This document shows positions 1 to 8,270 of a DNA stretch of 32,000 nt, piece after piece (position 1 is the first letter of the stretch; every line of letters starts with the position of its first letter). The DNA comes from Pseudoalteromonas translucida KMM 520 (lineage in GTDB: Bacteria > Pseudomonadota > Gammaproteobacteria > Enterobacterales > Alteromonadaceae). The stretch is taken from positions 90,001 to 122,000 of the forward strand of contig NZ_CP011035.1 in the NCBI RefSeq assembly GCF_001465295.1. The letters run 5' to 3'. Position numbers and translations under genes: made by a program. Under the pieces are notes generated by a model, which made no database searches, was not told the origin of the DNA, and worked only from the letters and a program-made list of their open reading frames with translations.

Positions 1-1
1 T

Positions 2-532
<531 letters not shown>

Positions 533-556
533 CCTTATCTGCAGGTAAATAAACAC

Positions 557-587
557 AGGGGAGTATTAATTACTCCCCTATTTTTTT
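557..587 (+). terminator. rho-independent terminator of katG
   Basis: Perfect 9-bp stem aggggagta (557-565) / tactcccct (571-579), a 5-nt loop, then T7 at 581-587. Confidence 0.8.
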
Positions 588-683
588 GGGGCATAGTTCC
601 TTAAAAGCCATGTTTGCATAAACAGAAAAGAATGGGAGTAAATAACCAGACCTAAAACATATGGTTCATGGCATTATTAACTC

Positions 684-721
684 CTCTAAAAGCGCAGCGC
701 CTCATAACCTCTTTGTGAGTT
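684..721. repeat. about 38-bp intergenic repeat (family C), first copy
   Basis: ctctaaaagcgcagcgcctcataacctctttgtgagtt recurs almost identically at 12944-12980 (ctctaaagcgcagcgcctcataccctctttgtgaatt). Both copies are intergenic. Confidence 0.7.
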
Positions 722-772
722 AATCATTTAATGAGGCTATTGCCCGCAACTCGAAGCGCAAATAACAAGCAC

Positions 773-804
773 AAAAAAACGGCGCTAAAGTTAGCACCGT
801 TTTT
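773..804 (-). terminator. probable rho-independent terminator of ybiT (minus strand)
   Basis: Stem 779-787 / 792-800, 9 bp, with one position that is a G-U wobble in the minus-strand RNA. A7 at 773-779 gives a U-tract on the minus strand. It lies 36 nt downstream of the ybiT stop. Confidence 0.6.
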
Positions 805-839
805 ACTTAATACTTAAATAAAGTACTTAAAACCTGTTA

Positions 840-2441
840 TTACGCTACTTTTTTCTCTTCACAACTGGCTAGGTATTCGTCAAACGAGCCTTGAAAGTCG
901 ATTACTTGCTTATCTTTAATATCGATAATACGCGTAGCAAGTGACGATACAAACTCACGGTCATGGCTTACAAAAATAAGCGTACCTTGGAAGTCTTTTA
1001 ACGCATTGTTAAGTGCTTCAATGGCTTCCATATCCATGTGGTTTGTAGGCTCGTCCATTACGAGTACGTTAACGTCTTGCATCATTAACTTACCAAATAA
1101 CAAACGGTTTTTTTCACCACCTGAACAGTTACGCGCTTTTTTGTTTGAATCGTCTGCTGTAAACAACAAACGGCCTAACATGCCACGTACCATTAAATCG
1201 TTGTGCTTAGCTGTGCGCCACTGCGACATCCAATCAAACAAAGTTAAATCGTTGTCAAAATCTTTAGTGCTGTCTTGCGGGCAATAACCAAAAGTAGCAT
1301 TTTCAGACCACTTAACTTCGCCCTCTAAGCTTTTAAGCTCGTCTACTAAACAGCGTAAAAAGGTGGTTTTACCCACACCATTTTCGCCAATTACTGCAAG
1401 CTTAGCGCCGGCTTCAAGTAATAAGTCGCCGCCAGAGAACAACATTTCGCCATCAAAGCCATGGCCAATTTTGTTAACTTCAAGCGCTTGGCGATACATT
1501 TTTTTACCTTCGTCAAAGCTCAGCGAAGGGCTCATACGGCTTGACGATTTAACTTCATCAAGTTTAATTTTATCCATTTTTTTAGCACGCGAACTTGCTT
1601 GTTTCGCTTTAGATGCGTTAGCACCAAAACGGTTAACAAAGTCTTGTAGTTCGTCAATTTCAGCGCTCTTTTTCGCGTTTTCAGCAAGTAATTGCTCGCG
1701 TTGTAGGCCAGCGGCTTCTAAAAACTTCTCGTAGTTACCAGGGTAAATACGCAGCTCGCCGTAATCAATATCGGCCATGTGTGTACATACCGAGTTTAAA
1801 AAGTGACGGTCATGCGAAATAATAATCATGGTACATTTACGCTTGTTAAGCTCGTTAGCAAGCCAGGTAATTGTATGAATATCCAAGTTATTGGTAGGCT
1901 CATCGAGTAGCAAAATATCAGGGTTTGCAAACAACGCCTGTGCTAAAAGCACACGTAGTTTCCAGCCTGGCGCTACGTTTGCCATTAAGCCATAATGAAA
2001 TTCTTTATCGATACCCGCTTCTAGCAAAATTTCTTCAGCGCGGCTTTCTGCCGTGTAACCGTCCATTTCTGCAAATACGCTTTCTAGCTCAGCTACTTTC
2101 ATGCCATCGTCTTCGCTCATTTCTGGCAAAGAGTAAATACGTTCGCGCTCTTGCTTTACTTTCCAAAGCTCCACGTCGCCCATAATTACAGCGTCAACTA
2201 CGCTAAATTCTTCAAACGCAAACTGGTCTTGGCTTAGGTTACCTACTTTTAACCCTGGAGTAATAGATACATTACCCGCACTTGGCACAAGTGCCCCGCT
2301 TAAAATTTTCATGAAAGTCGACTTGCCGCAGCCGTTAGCGCCAATTAAACCGTAACGGTTACCGTTACCAAATTTAGCTGAAATGTTTTCAAACAACGGC
2401 TCTGCGCCAAACTGCATCGTGATATTTGCGGTGGAGATCAA
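840..2441 (-). CDS. ybiT: ABC-F family ATPase (energy-dependent translational throttle family), YbiT orthologue
   Basis: 533 aa with two ABC cassettes: Walker [10 protein letters not shown] and GENGVGKTT, signatures [13 protein letters not shown]-type, Walker [12 protein letters not shown] and [11 protein letters not shown]. It is collinear with E. coli YbiT as I recall it (..[37 protein letters not shown]..). A TTG start is implied by N-terminal conservation. Confidence 0.9.
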   Translation of the reverse strand: MISTANITMQFGAEPLFENISAKFGNGNRYGLIGANGCGKSTFMKILSGALVPSAGNVSITPGLKVGNLSQDQFAFEEFSVVDAVIMGDVELWKVKQERERIYSLPEMSEDDGMKVAELESVFAEMDGYTAESRAEEILLEAGIDKEFHYGLMANVAPGWKLRVLLAQALFANPDILLLDEPTNNLDIHTITWLANELNKRKCTMIIISHDRHFLNSVCTHMADIDYGELRIYPGNYEKFLEAAGLQREQLLAENAKKSAEIDELQDFVNRFGANASKAKQASSRAKKMDKIKLDEVKSSSRMSPSLSFDEGKKMYRQALEVNKIGHGFDGEMLFSGGDLLLEAGAKLAVIGENGVGKTTFLRCLVDELKSLEGEVKWSENATFGYCPQDSTKDFDNDLTLFDWMSQWRTAKHNDLMVRGMLGRLLFTADDSNKKARNCSGGEKNRLLFGKLMMQDVNVLVMDEPTNHMDMEAIEALNNALKDFQGTLIFVSHDREFVSSLATRIIDIKDKQVIDFQGSFDEYLASCEEKKVA

Positions 2442-2599
2442 AAAAATGTAATCCTAGAAAAAGTACTGACAGGGATAGGCTGCAGCAAAACGCCACAAAC
2501 AAGAACCAGACAATAGGGTAAATTAGCTGGCGAATTATACAGATCCAAAGCCAAAGATGAAAGGTAAAAGAAACTTAAAAAATAGCCAGTAGAGCAAGA

Positions 2600-2750
2600 G
2601 CCGGTTTTAGATGTCAGGCTTGAGGTTTTAGGTAAAAATTAACCAAGGTTAATGTACAAGAGTAAGCGGGAGTTTACTTCGTGCTTATGGGCGAGCTTGC
2701 TGACGCGAAAAGCGCAGCTTTTAATGTGTAGGCACGATTATACATCCGGA
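2600..2750. repeat. mosaic intergenic repeat (family B), copy 1
   Basis: The modules gttttagatgtcagg, gcgggagtttacttcgtgct and agcttgctgacgcgaaaagcgcagcttttaat recur in the same order at 22975-23100. Single modules recur at 17655, 19490, 25937 (reverse complement), 31888 (reverse complement), and in the tails of the repeats at 11391-11430 and 11735-11775 (reverse complement). Confidence 0.65.
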
Positions 2751-2993
2751 TTAATTTAAACGTGTTGTGTGGGTTTTTAAATTTAGTAATAACAAAAACT
2801 TGTACTTAATTGTTTAAAAGTTAAGGCTAAATTTACATAATTGTAAAAGCAGGCGCGTATTAATGATAACGGCGTAGTTTTTATTGGTTATATAACTAAT
2901 AAGCCTATATTTATTTTTACCAATCAGGTAAATTGTTTTAAATGAATACTAACTTAATAATACGTTAGTTATTAACAGATAAACCAAGGAGCG

Positions 2994-3599
2994 GTGTGTC
3001 TCGTGTCAAACTCCACACTTAGTTACTACAATCAAAACGCACAAAGCTTTAGTGACTCAACCCTAAATGTTGATATGTCAGTGCTGTATGCTGAATTTTT
3101 GCCACATGTTACCGAACATGGTCATATTTTAGATGCAGGCTGCGGCAGCGCCCGCGATGCTGCTTATTTTAAACAGCTTGGTTTTACTGTTAGCGCGTTT
3201 GATGCCAGCGAACAACTTGCTGCATTAGCAAGCAGCTACTTACAGCAACCCGTCGACGTTAAAACCTTCCAACAGCTAGATTGCGTTAATAAATACGATG
3301 CTATTTGGTGCTGCGCTAGCTTATTGCACGTGCCAAAAGCTGAACTTCTGCAGGTGTTTTTAAACCTACAAAATGCACTAAAACCCAATGGGGTTTTGTA
3401 TGTATCGTTTAAATATGGCGACACAGAGCGTGTGCATAATGGCCGTGAATTTACCGATTTAACTGAAAATGGTTTAACGCATTTACTTAGCCATACGCAG
3501 TTAAAAGCGATTAAACAATGGCAAAGTGTTGATCAGCGCCCAGAGCGCGAAAGTGAAGTTTGGCTAAATGCGCTGATTAAAGTAGTACACGTTTTATGA
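2994..3599 (+). CDS. class I SAM-dependent methyltransferase (small-molecule/Methyltransf_11-12-like, not a canonical DNA MTase)
   Basis: 201 aa. Motif I is ILDAGCGSARDA, followed by an acidic residue at the end of beta2 (VSAFDAS) and post-motif YDAIWCCASLLHV..LKPNGVLYVSF. There is no (D/N/S)PP(Y/F/W) or PCQ/ENV DNA-MTase motif. GTG start at 2994 (AGGAG at 2986-2990), or the in-frame GTG at 3003. The stop overlaps the next start (ATGA). Confidence 0.8.
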   Translation: MCLVSNSTLSYYNQNAQSFSDSTLNVDMSVLYAEFLPHVTEHGHILDAGCGSARDAAYFKQLGFTVSAFDASEQLAALASSYLQQPVDVKTFQQLDCVNKYDAIWCCASLLHVPKAELLQVFLNLQNALKPNGVLYVSFKYGDTERVHNGREFTDLTENGLTHLLSHTQLKAIKQWQSVDQRPERESEVWLNALIKVVHVL

Positions 3600-5134
3600 T
3601 TGGAGCAATGCAGCAACAGCTCGACTTTATTGCGTATATTCAACGAATGTTAGTTGAAGGGGACTTTAGCGCAACTTATAAGTTTGCCTTGCTGCATGCT
3701 ATTGCCGATGTATGTGTAGAACAGCCGTTATTGTCAGATCAAAGTGAATTAGTAATAGAGTTACCTACACTTGCCGATAAATTAATTACCTTATATTGGC
3801 ATCATGCAATGCCGTTTCCGTCAGAACATACCGGTGAAAGCGCTCTACTTTTGCAAAACACAGGCGCGCAATCAAAAGTGATTAGCGTATTGTTTGAATG
3901 CCAACAAAACAATATTCGTAATTTACGCCAGCTAAAGCAAAGTTCATTTTACAAACCGACTTTTAATGCAGCTATGGCAACATTGAAAAGTGGTCCGCTT
4001 TGGCGTTTACAAATACTTGCCAAACAAGAAGAATGCTTTTTATACCCGCACACTAAAAACACTAAATTCATTACCTTAAATGCAGGTATCGCCAGTTGCT
4101 TTAGACGTTTTTATGATTTAGTAGTGTACTTAGCTAAAAATGCGTGGCTGCAAAAAATTCAAAGTATAAAGTACAACCAAACACTTATTGGCCCGCAAAG
4201 CCAACTGCACGACTTTTTATTTGGCTTTGATCGTAACGCACTCACAAAAGCAAAACCTGTGTTAGTAGAGCTGCAATCAAACTCATGCTTTTATTGCCAA
4301 AAGCCAATGAAAAACGATATTGAGGTCGATCACTTTATACCGTTTTCCCGCTACGCAAACGATCTTGGCCATAATTTTGTGGCTGCGCACCGCACATGTA
4401 ATAACAATAAGCGCGACTTTTTAGCTGCGCAGCAACACCGTGAGCGTTGGCAAAAGCAAAACTTGGTTGTTAACAGCCAAATTATTAATAATGAGCTAAG
4501 TGCGTATTTTCACTGCGATGCAGATAAGTCACTCGCAGTAAGCAATTGGGCGTATCAGGTGGCACAAGCCAACAACGCTAAATTATGGCTTGGAAATAAA
4601 GACCATTTTGAGCAAGCAAAACCAACCGCCGATATAGTGGCTTTCCCGCAAGCAAAACAAACAGAGTTAAATCAAGTTGCAGAGCCTGTTATTAGCTTAA
4701 AATCAACTGATGATGCGCTAAAGCTGCCGTATTTCCCCAATATTAAAATTGCTTGTGGGCATTTTAAAACAGGGGATGAGAGCGACATAGAATTAATGGA
4801 TGCGCCACTTGGTGCAGGCAAGCTCGATCCGCAAGTACACTTTTTAGCGCATGCATGGGGTAACTCAATGAATGGTGGTAAAAATCCGATTAACGATGGC
4901 GATTTACTGTTACTTGAGCTTATAACACCCGATAAAGCGGGATCGCTACGCGGCCAAATTGTCGCGATTGAGCGAGATGATATAGGTGGTGACGGGCAGT
5001 ATTTACTGCGTAAAGTTAATAAATTACCTAATGGGCAATATGAGCTAATCGCTCAAAACCCAGATTATGAAGTAATGATTGCTGATGACAGCATGCGAAC
5101 ATTCGCACGGTTTAAGCAAGTGGTTGTGGAATAA
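3596..5134 (+). CDS. three-module protein: unassigned N-terminal domain + HNH nuclease motif + C-terminal S24 (LexA/cI/UmuD-like) peptidase domain
   Basis: 512 aa. The HNH motif is at nt 4286-4420: CFYCQKPMKNDIEVDHFIPFSRYANDLGHNFVAAHRTCNNNKRDF (CxxC..DH.IP..N..H..CN..K). The C-terminus aligns by eye with lambda cI/LexA: GNSM (Ser424, nt 4865-4867) ..INDGDLLLLE.. GQIVAIE.. YLLRKV (Lys473, nt 5012-5014) ..NPDY. The upstream IKIACGHF (Cys387-Gly388, nt 4754-4759) resembles the (A/C)-G self-cleavage site. Confidence 0.8.
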   Translation: MIGAMQQQLDFIAYIQRMLVEGDFSATYKFALLHAIADVCVEQPLLSDQSELVIELPTLADKLITLYWHHAMPFPSEHTGESALLLQNTGAQSKVISVLFECQQNNIRNLRQLKQSSFYKPTFNAAMATLKSGPLWRLQILAKQEECFLYPHTKNTKFITLNAGIASCFRRFYDLVVYLAKNAWLQKIQSIKYNQTLIGPQSQLHDFLFGFDRNALTKAKPVLVELQSNSCFYCQKPMKNDIEVDHFIPFSRYANDLGHNFVAAHRTCNNNKRDFLAAQQHRERWQKQNLVVNSQIINNELSAYFHCDADKSLAVSNWAYQVAQANNAKLWLGNKDHFEQAKPTADIVAFPQAKQTELNQVAEPVISLKSTDDALKLPYFPNIKIACGHFKTGDESDIELMDAPLGAGKLDPQVHFLAHAWGNSMNGGKNPINDGDLLLLELITPDKAGSLRGQIVAIERDDIGGDGQYLLRKVNKLPNGQYELIAQNPDYEVMIADDSMRTFARFKQVVVE

Positions 5135-5136
5135 TA

Positions 5137-5408
5137 ATTGTAGCTGCGATTTTATCTCGCGCTCATAAATTGTTTTTTGCGTGAAGATTTAAAGGGTTTA
5201 AAAACCTCTATTTGAGGTTTTATCGCCGTGGGATCACACTTTATCTTCAACTTACGTTATTGATGTGAACGTAACCAGCGTAGATAGGCCATCCATGGCC
5301 AAGCTACGCTTTTTACAGCATTGCCGAAAGGGATTTAGGTACTTGGAGTTTGTCGGGAACAAAATTCCACCATGCTGTAAGCACTCACCATCAACTAAAT
5401 TTAATTTT
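5137..5408 (-). repeat. structured intergenic repeat (family A), left copy, inverted relative to the copies at 10673-11775
   Basis: By-eye alignment of 5224-5405 with the reverse complement of 11455-11650 is near-identical over long blocks (gaacgtaa.cagcgtagataggccatccatggccaagctacgcttt; gggatttaggtacttgga.tttgtcgggaacaaaattcc). The outer part 5137-5223 parallels the reverse complement of the 11650-11775 tail (aattgtag...ctcgcgct). It contains the 32-nt two-tier hairpin at 5278-5309 and the hairpin at 5201-5221. Confidence 0.75.
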
Positions 5409-5544
5409 TGATTACATATAGTTAGGTGTATTTATTTATGAACGCATGCAGGAGTTGAAGTATATTGGTTAGTAATTGTTTATTAAGTATTAGTAAATTA
5501 CTTTCTCTTAGAACTTGTTATTTTTTAAAATTAAGGAATATTTT

Positions 5545-7470
5545 ATGTTAACGTGGATTATAGATGAGCTGACCCAAAGAAGCCGACGAGGTAGAAAGTC
5601 GTTGGTTAATAATTTTAAGGTTGAAGGCTGGGCTGATGGGTATATTTTTATACGTGAGTTATTCCAAAATATTTTGGATAACCGTATTAATCCAAGTGAA
5701 CCAGCAAAAGTATTTATAAACTTTGAAAAAATAAAAACTACCGAAGCAATTAAACAATATCAGATGCTCGTTAAGCCAATACATAAGCATTTAAATGCAT
5801 CAGAAACTAATTATTCTGGTATTTCCGAAAACCCTACAATGTTGGTTATAAGAGAAGAAGGGACTACTGGCTTTAAAGGTGAATATACTGATAGTGATGC
5901 AGAGAATAGCGATTGGGCAAACTTTTTTTTTGGGGAAGCATTAGAAGCTAAATCAGGGGCTAAAAACGGAAGGGCAGGCCAAGGAAAGATAATTTATTAC
6001 ATGTTGTCACAATTAAGGTGTGTCTTTTTAGTTACTAAAAGAGCTGAGGATGGAAAACTACTTTTAATGGGCAATATTAATTTATCAAGAACTCATAAAT
6101 GTGAAGATAAAAGTTACGAGACTTTTGGTTTTTGGGCAAATAATAAAAGTGAACAGCCTTTACCATGTGAAGATGAAGAGTATATTAAAGAGTTTTGTAG
6201 AAATTTCGGTGTAGATATATCTACATTGGATAGTGGAAACGTATATTTTATACCCCAACCATCAGAAGAATTAACAGAGAGTATTATTATTCAAGCATCT
6301 GTCCATGACTTCTATTTTCCTATTTTAAGAAACAGGCTTGCAATAGAAGTTGGCAGTAAACTTATAAATAAAAATAATCTTATCTCAATTGCAAAAGCAA
6401 ATTCACACAAGTTTACAGATAAATATGACTATGCTCCATCCTCTGAATTTTTAGACTTTGTAGAGCAGTGTATTAACTTAAAAATACTTTCACCTGTAAA
6501 AAATGTTCGGTGGAGTGGAAGTGAAGATAGTTTCTATAACATTTATGATGAGCAAACAATAAAGGAAATAAAGAAAAAATTTGACAAAGAAAAAATAGTA
6601 GCTATTCAGGTACCCATATATATTTCCGAAAAAAATGGAAATAACTATACTGAAAATCTTTATGTGTACCTTAAACGTTCTGAAGTAATTGAGCAAACAG
6701 AAGAAGCTTTTATCAGGACTGATTTATTTATAGCAAAAGAAAGACGATTAAGAATTCACACAGGTAAAAATGCTTTTGGTTTGGTTGTAGCTGATGAAAG
6801 AAGCCCTAATCTGGCTGAGTTCCTTGCAAATGCAGAAGAAGCTTCTCACTTAATATGGAGTGCGAAAGAGAGTAAGGTTGAGGATAAATATAAAAATATT
6901 AAGAATACTTTAGCTAAAGTCCGTCAATCATTACCTAAGTTATTCAATCTTTTACTGGATGATGAGGAAAGTGAGGATAGGGCATTTCTTGTAGGTTTAT
7001 TATCTGTTCCAGTTGATGAGAAACTCTCAAGAAAGAAAAAGAAAAAAAAGAAAAATATAGATAATAAAGGAGGCGAAAACCCAGCTCCTACAGAGCCTAT
7101 TCCTAGTAAATTGCCAATGATTATTCTTTCAGACCTTCCTGATGTGAATGGTTTTATGGTTTCCCCTACTGAGTATATCAAAGAGCAAGATGTGCCTTTC
7201 GAGATAGAGTTAACTGCAGCTTTTGATAATGTTTTATCGGAAGGTAATCCACTAAAGCTATATACTCATCTAGACTTTGACTTTTCAGCGTTGAATCAAT
7301 TTAAAGTATATGAGAATAATTGTGAAGTGATATCTGCTGACTTGAACAAAATATTTTTAAAAGTAAACAGCAATGATTTCAAGTTTTCTATATCAGGATT
7401 TAATAGCAGCGTACCATTGAAAGTCAAATACAGAATAACTCAAGAAAATGATAAGGATATTGAGCTATGA
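5545..7470 (+). CDS. GHKL/Bergerat-fold ATPase-like protein (MORC/Hsp90/sacsin-like N-terminal domain) with an unassigned C-terminal half
   Basis: The ORF is open from TTG at 5515. ATG at 5545 is preferred (AAGGA at 5532-5536, 8-nt spacer), giving 641 aa. N-box IRELFQNILDN (E-x3-N-x2-D, nt 5653-5682); G1-like box VIREEGTTGFKG (nt 5854-5880); G2-like box NGRAGQGKIIYY (nt 5968-6000). The stop overlaps the next start (ATGA at 7467-7470). Confidence 0.72.
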   Translation: MLTWIIDELTQRSRRGRKSLVNNFKVEGWADGYIFIRELFQNILDNRINPSEPAKVFINFEKIKTTEAIKQYQMLVKPIHKHLNASETNYSGISENPTMLVIREEGTTGFKGEYTDSDAENSDWANFFFGEALEAKSGAKNGRAGQGKIIYYMLSQLRCVFLVTKRAEDGKLLLMGNINLSRTHKCEDKSYETFGFWANNKSEQPLPCEDEEYIKEFCRNFGVDISTLDSGNVYFIPQPSEELTESIIIQASVHDFYFPILRNRLAIEVGSKLINKNNLISIAKANSHKFTDKYDYAPSSEFLDFVEQCINLKILSPVKNVRWSGSEDSFYNIYDEQTIKEIKKKFDKEKIVAIQVPIYISEKNGNNYTENLYVYLKRSEVIEQTEEAFIRTDLFIAKERRLRIHTGKNAFGLVVADERSPNLAEFLANAEEASHLIWSAKESKVEDKYKNIKNTLAKVRQSLPKLFNLLLDDEESEDRAFLVGLLSVPVDEKLSRKKKKKKKNIDNKGGENPAPTEPIPSKLPMIILSDLPDVNGFMVSPTEYIKEQDVPFEIELTAAFDNVLSEGNPLKLYTHLDFDFSALNQFKVYENNCEVISADLNKIFLKVNSNDFKFSISGFNSSVPLKVKYRITQENDKDIEL

Positions 7471-8270
7471 AATTGAGTGGAATTCATACAACAAATCCAA
7501 CAAAAAGACTAAAAATCCCAAGTGATAAAATTAGTATTACTTTACATACTGACTCAGATGGTAATGAAGCTTTTGAGTTAGACTTAGTATTATTATCAGA
7601 TGTTATATTGGGAATGAATTTACAAGATGTATCTGCAAAAGTTAGTTTATATGCTTATTCTTCTAATGCTGAGCAAGAGTATGAGCTAGGAACAGTATCA
7701 AGTTTTAAAAAGCCATCAAACCTATTACTAGAAGAGCTGGACTTTGCTTCACTTAAAGGGTTTAGGTTGATAATCTTTAATGATGCTCAACAGATAATCG
7801 CGAGTAATGAAACTCTTAAGTATCGCTCAAATGATGAGCCAGAAGATGAAAACTCACTTCTAAATGTAGAGCTTCTAGATCTTGGACAGAGAATTTGGAA
7901 AGTTAAACTTTCTGATGATACCAACCCTATTTTGGTATTAAACAAATCAATTCCAAACATTAAAAATGTAGTAAAAGACAATTCAGGTATTCTTGGCTGT
8001 ATACTTCCTGAACTAACAAAAGAATGTATTGTTCATTTAGCTTTTAATAAAGCCGCTGATATATATGATAAAAGTTGTTGGCAGTACAATTGGGGGAAGT
8101 TTTTGGAGTCATTCGGAATACAATTCGAAAATATACCTGACTTACTTGAAGAGCCTAGAGAGTATTACTCATTATTAAACACTATCGATGATTTATTAGA
8201 AAGTTACTGTTTTCAGAAAAAGTTTGCTAGTAAATTTGCAAAAGATATAGGAGTAGCAATAAATGATTAA
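7467..8270 (+). CDS. hypothetical protein, 267 aa (operon gene 2)
   Basis: Long ORF in an AT-rich, stop-codon-rich context. There is a 4-bp overlap with the upstream gene and an 8-bp overlap with the downstream gene. I recognised no motif. Confidence 0.68.
   Translation: MKLSGIHTTNPTKRLKIPSDKISITLHTDSDGNEAFELDLVLLSDVILGMNLQDVSAKVSLYAYSSNAEQEYELGTVSSFKKPSNLLLEELDFASLKGFRLIIFNDAQQIIASNETLKYRSNDEPEDENSLLNVELLDLGQRIWKVKLSDDTNPILVLNKSIPNIKNVVKDNSGILGCILPELTKECIVHLAFNKAADIYDKSCWQYNWGKFLESFGIQFENIPDLLEEPREYYSLLNTIDDLLESYCFQKKFASKFAKDIGVAIND

Noticed and set aside
1006-2185. Three plus-strand ORFs (1006-1287, 1363-1734, 1925-2185)
   Set aside because: They are antisense to the strongly supported ybiT gene, and their products are low-complexity S/L/P-rich.
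3236-3424. 62-aa minus-strand ORF
   Set aside because: It is antisense within the SAM-methyltransferase gene and has no motif or RBS.
6490-7981. Minus-strand ORFs 6490-6696, 6924-7181 and 7787-7981 inside the GHKL operon
   Set aside because: They are antisense to long, coupled ORFs. The 6924-7181 product contains an F9 run that simply mirrors the poly-A/K tract.
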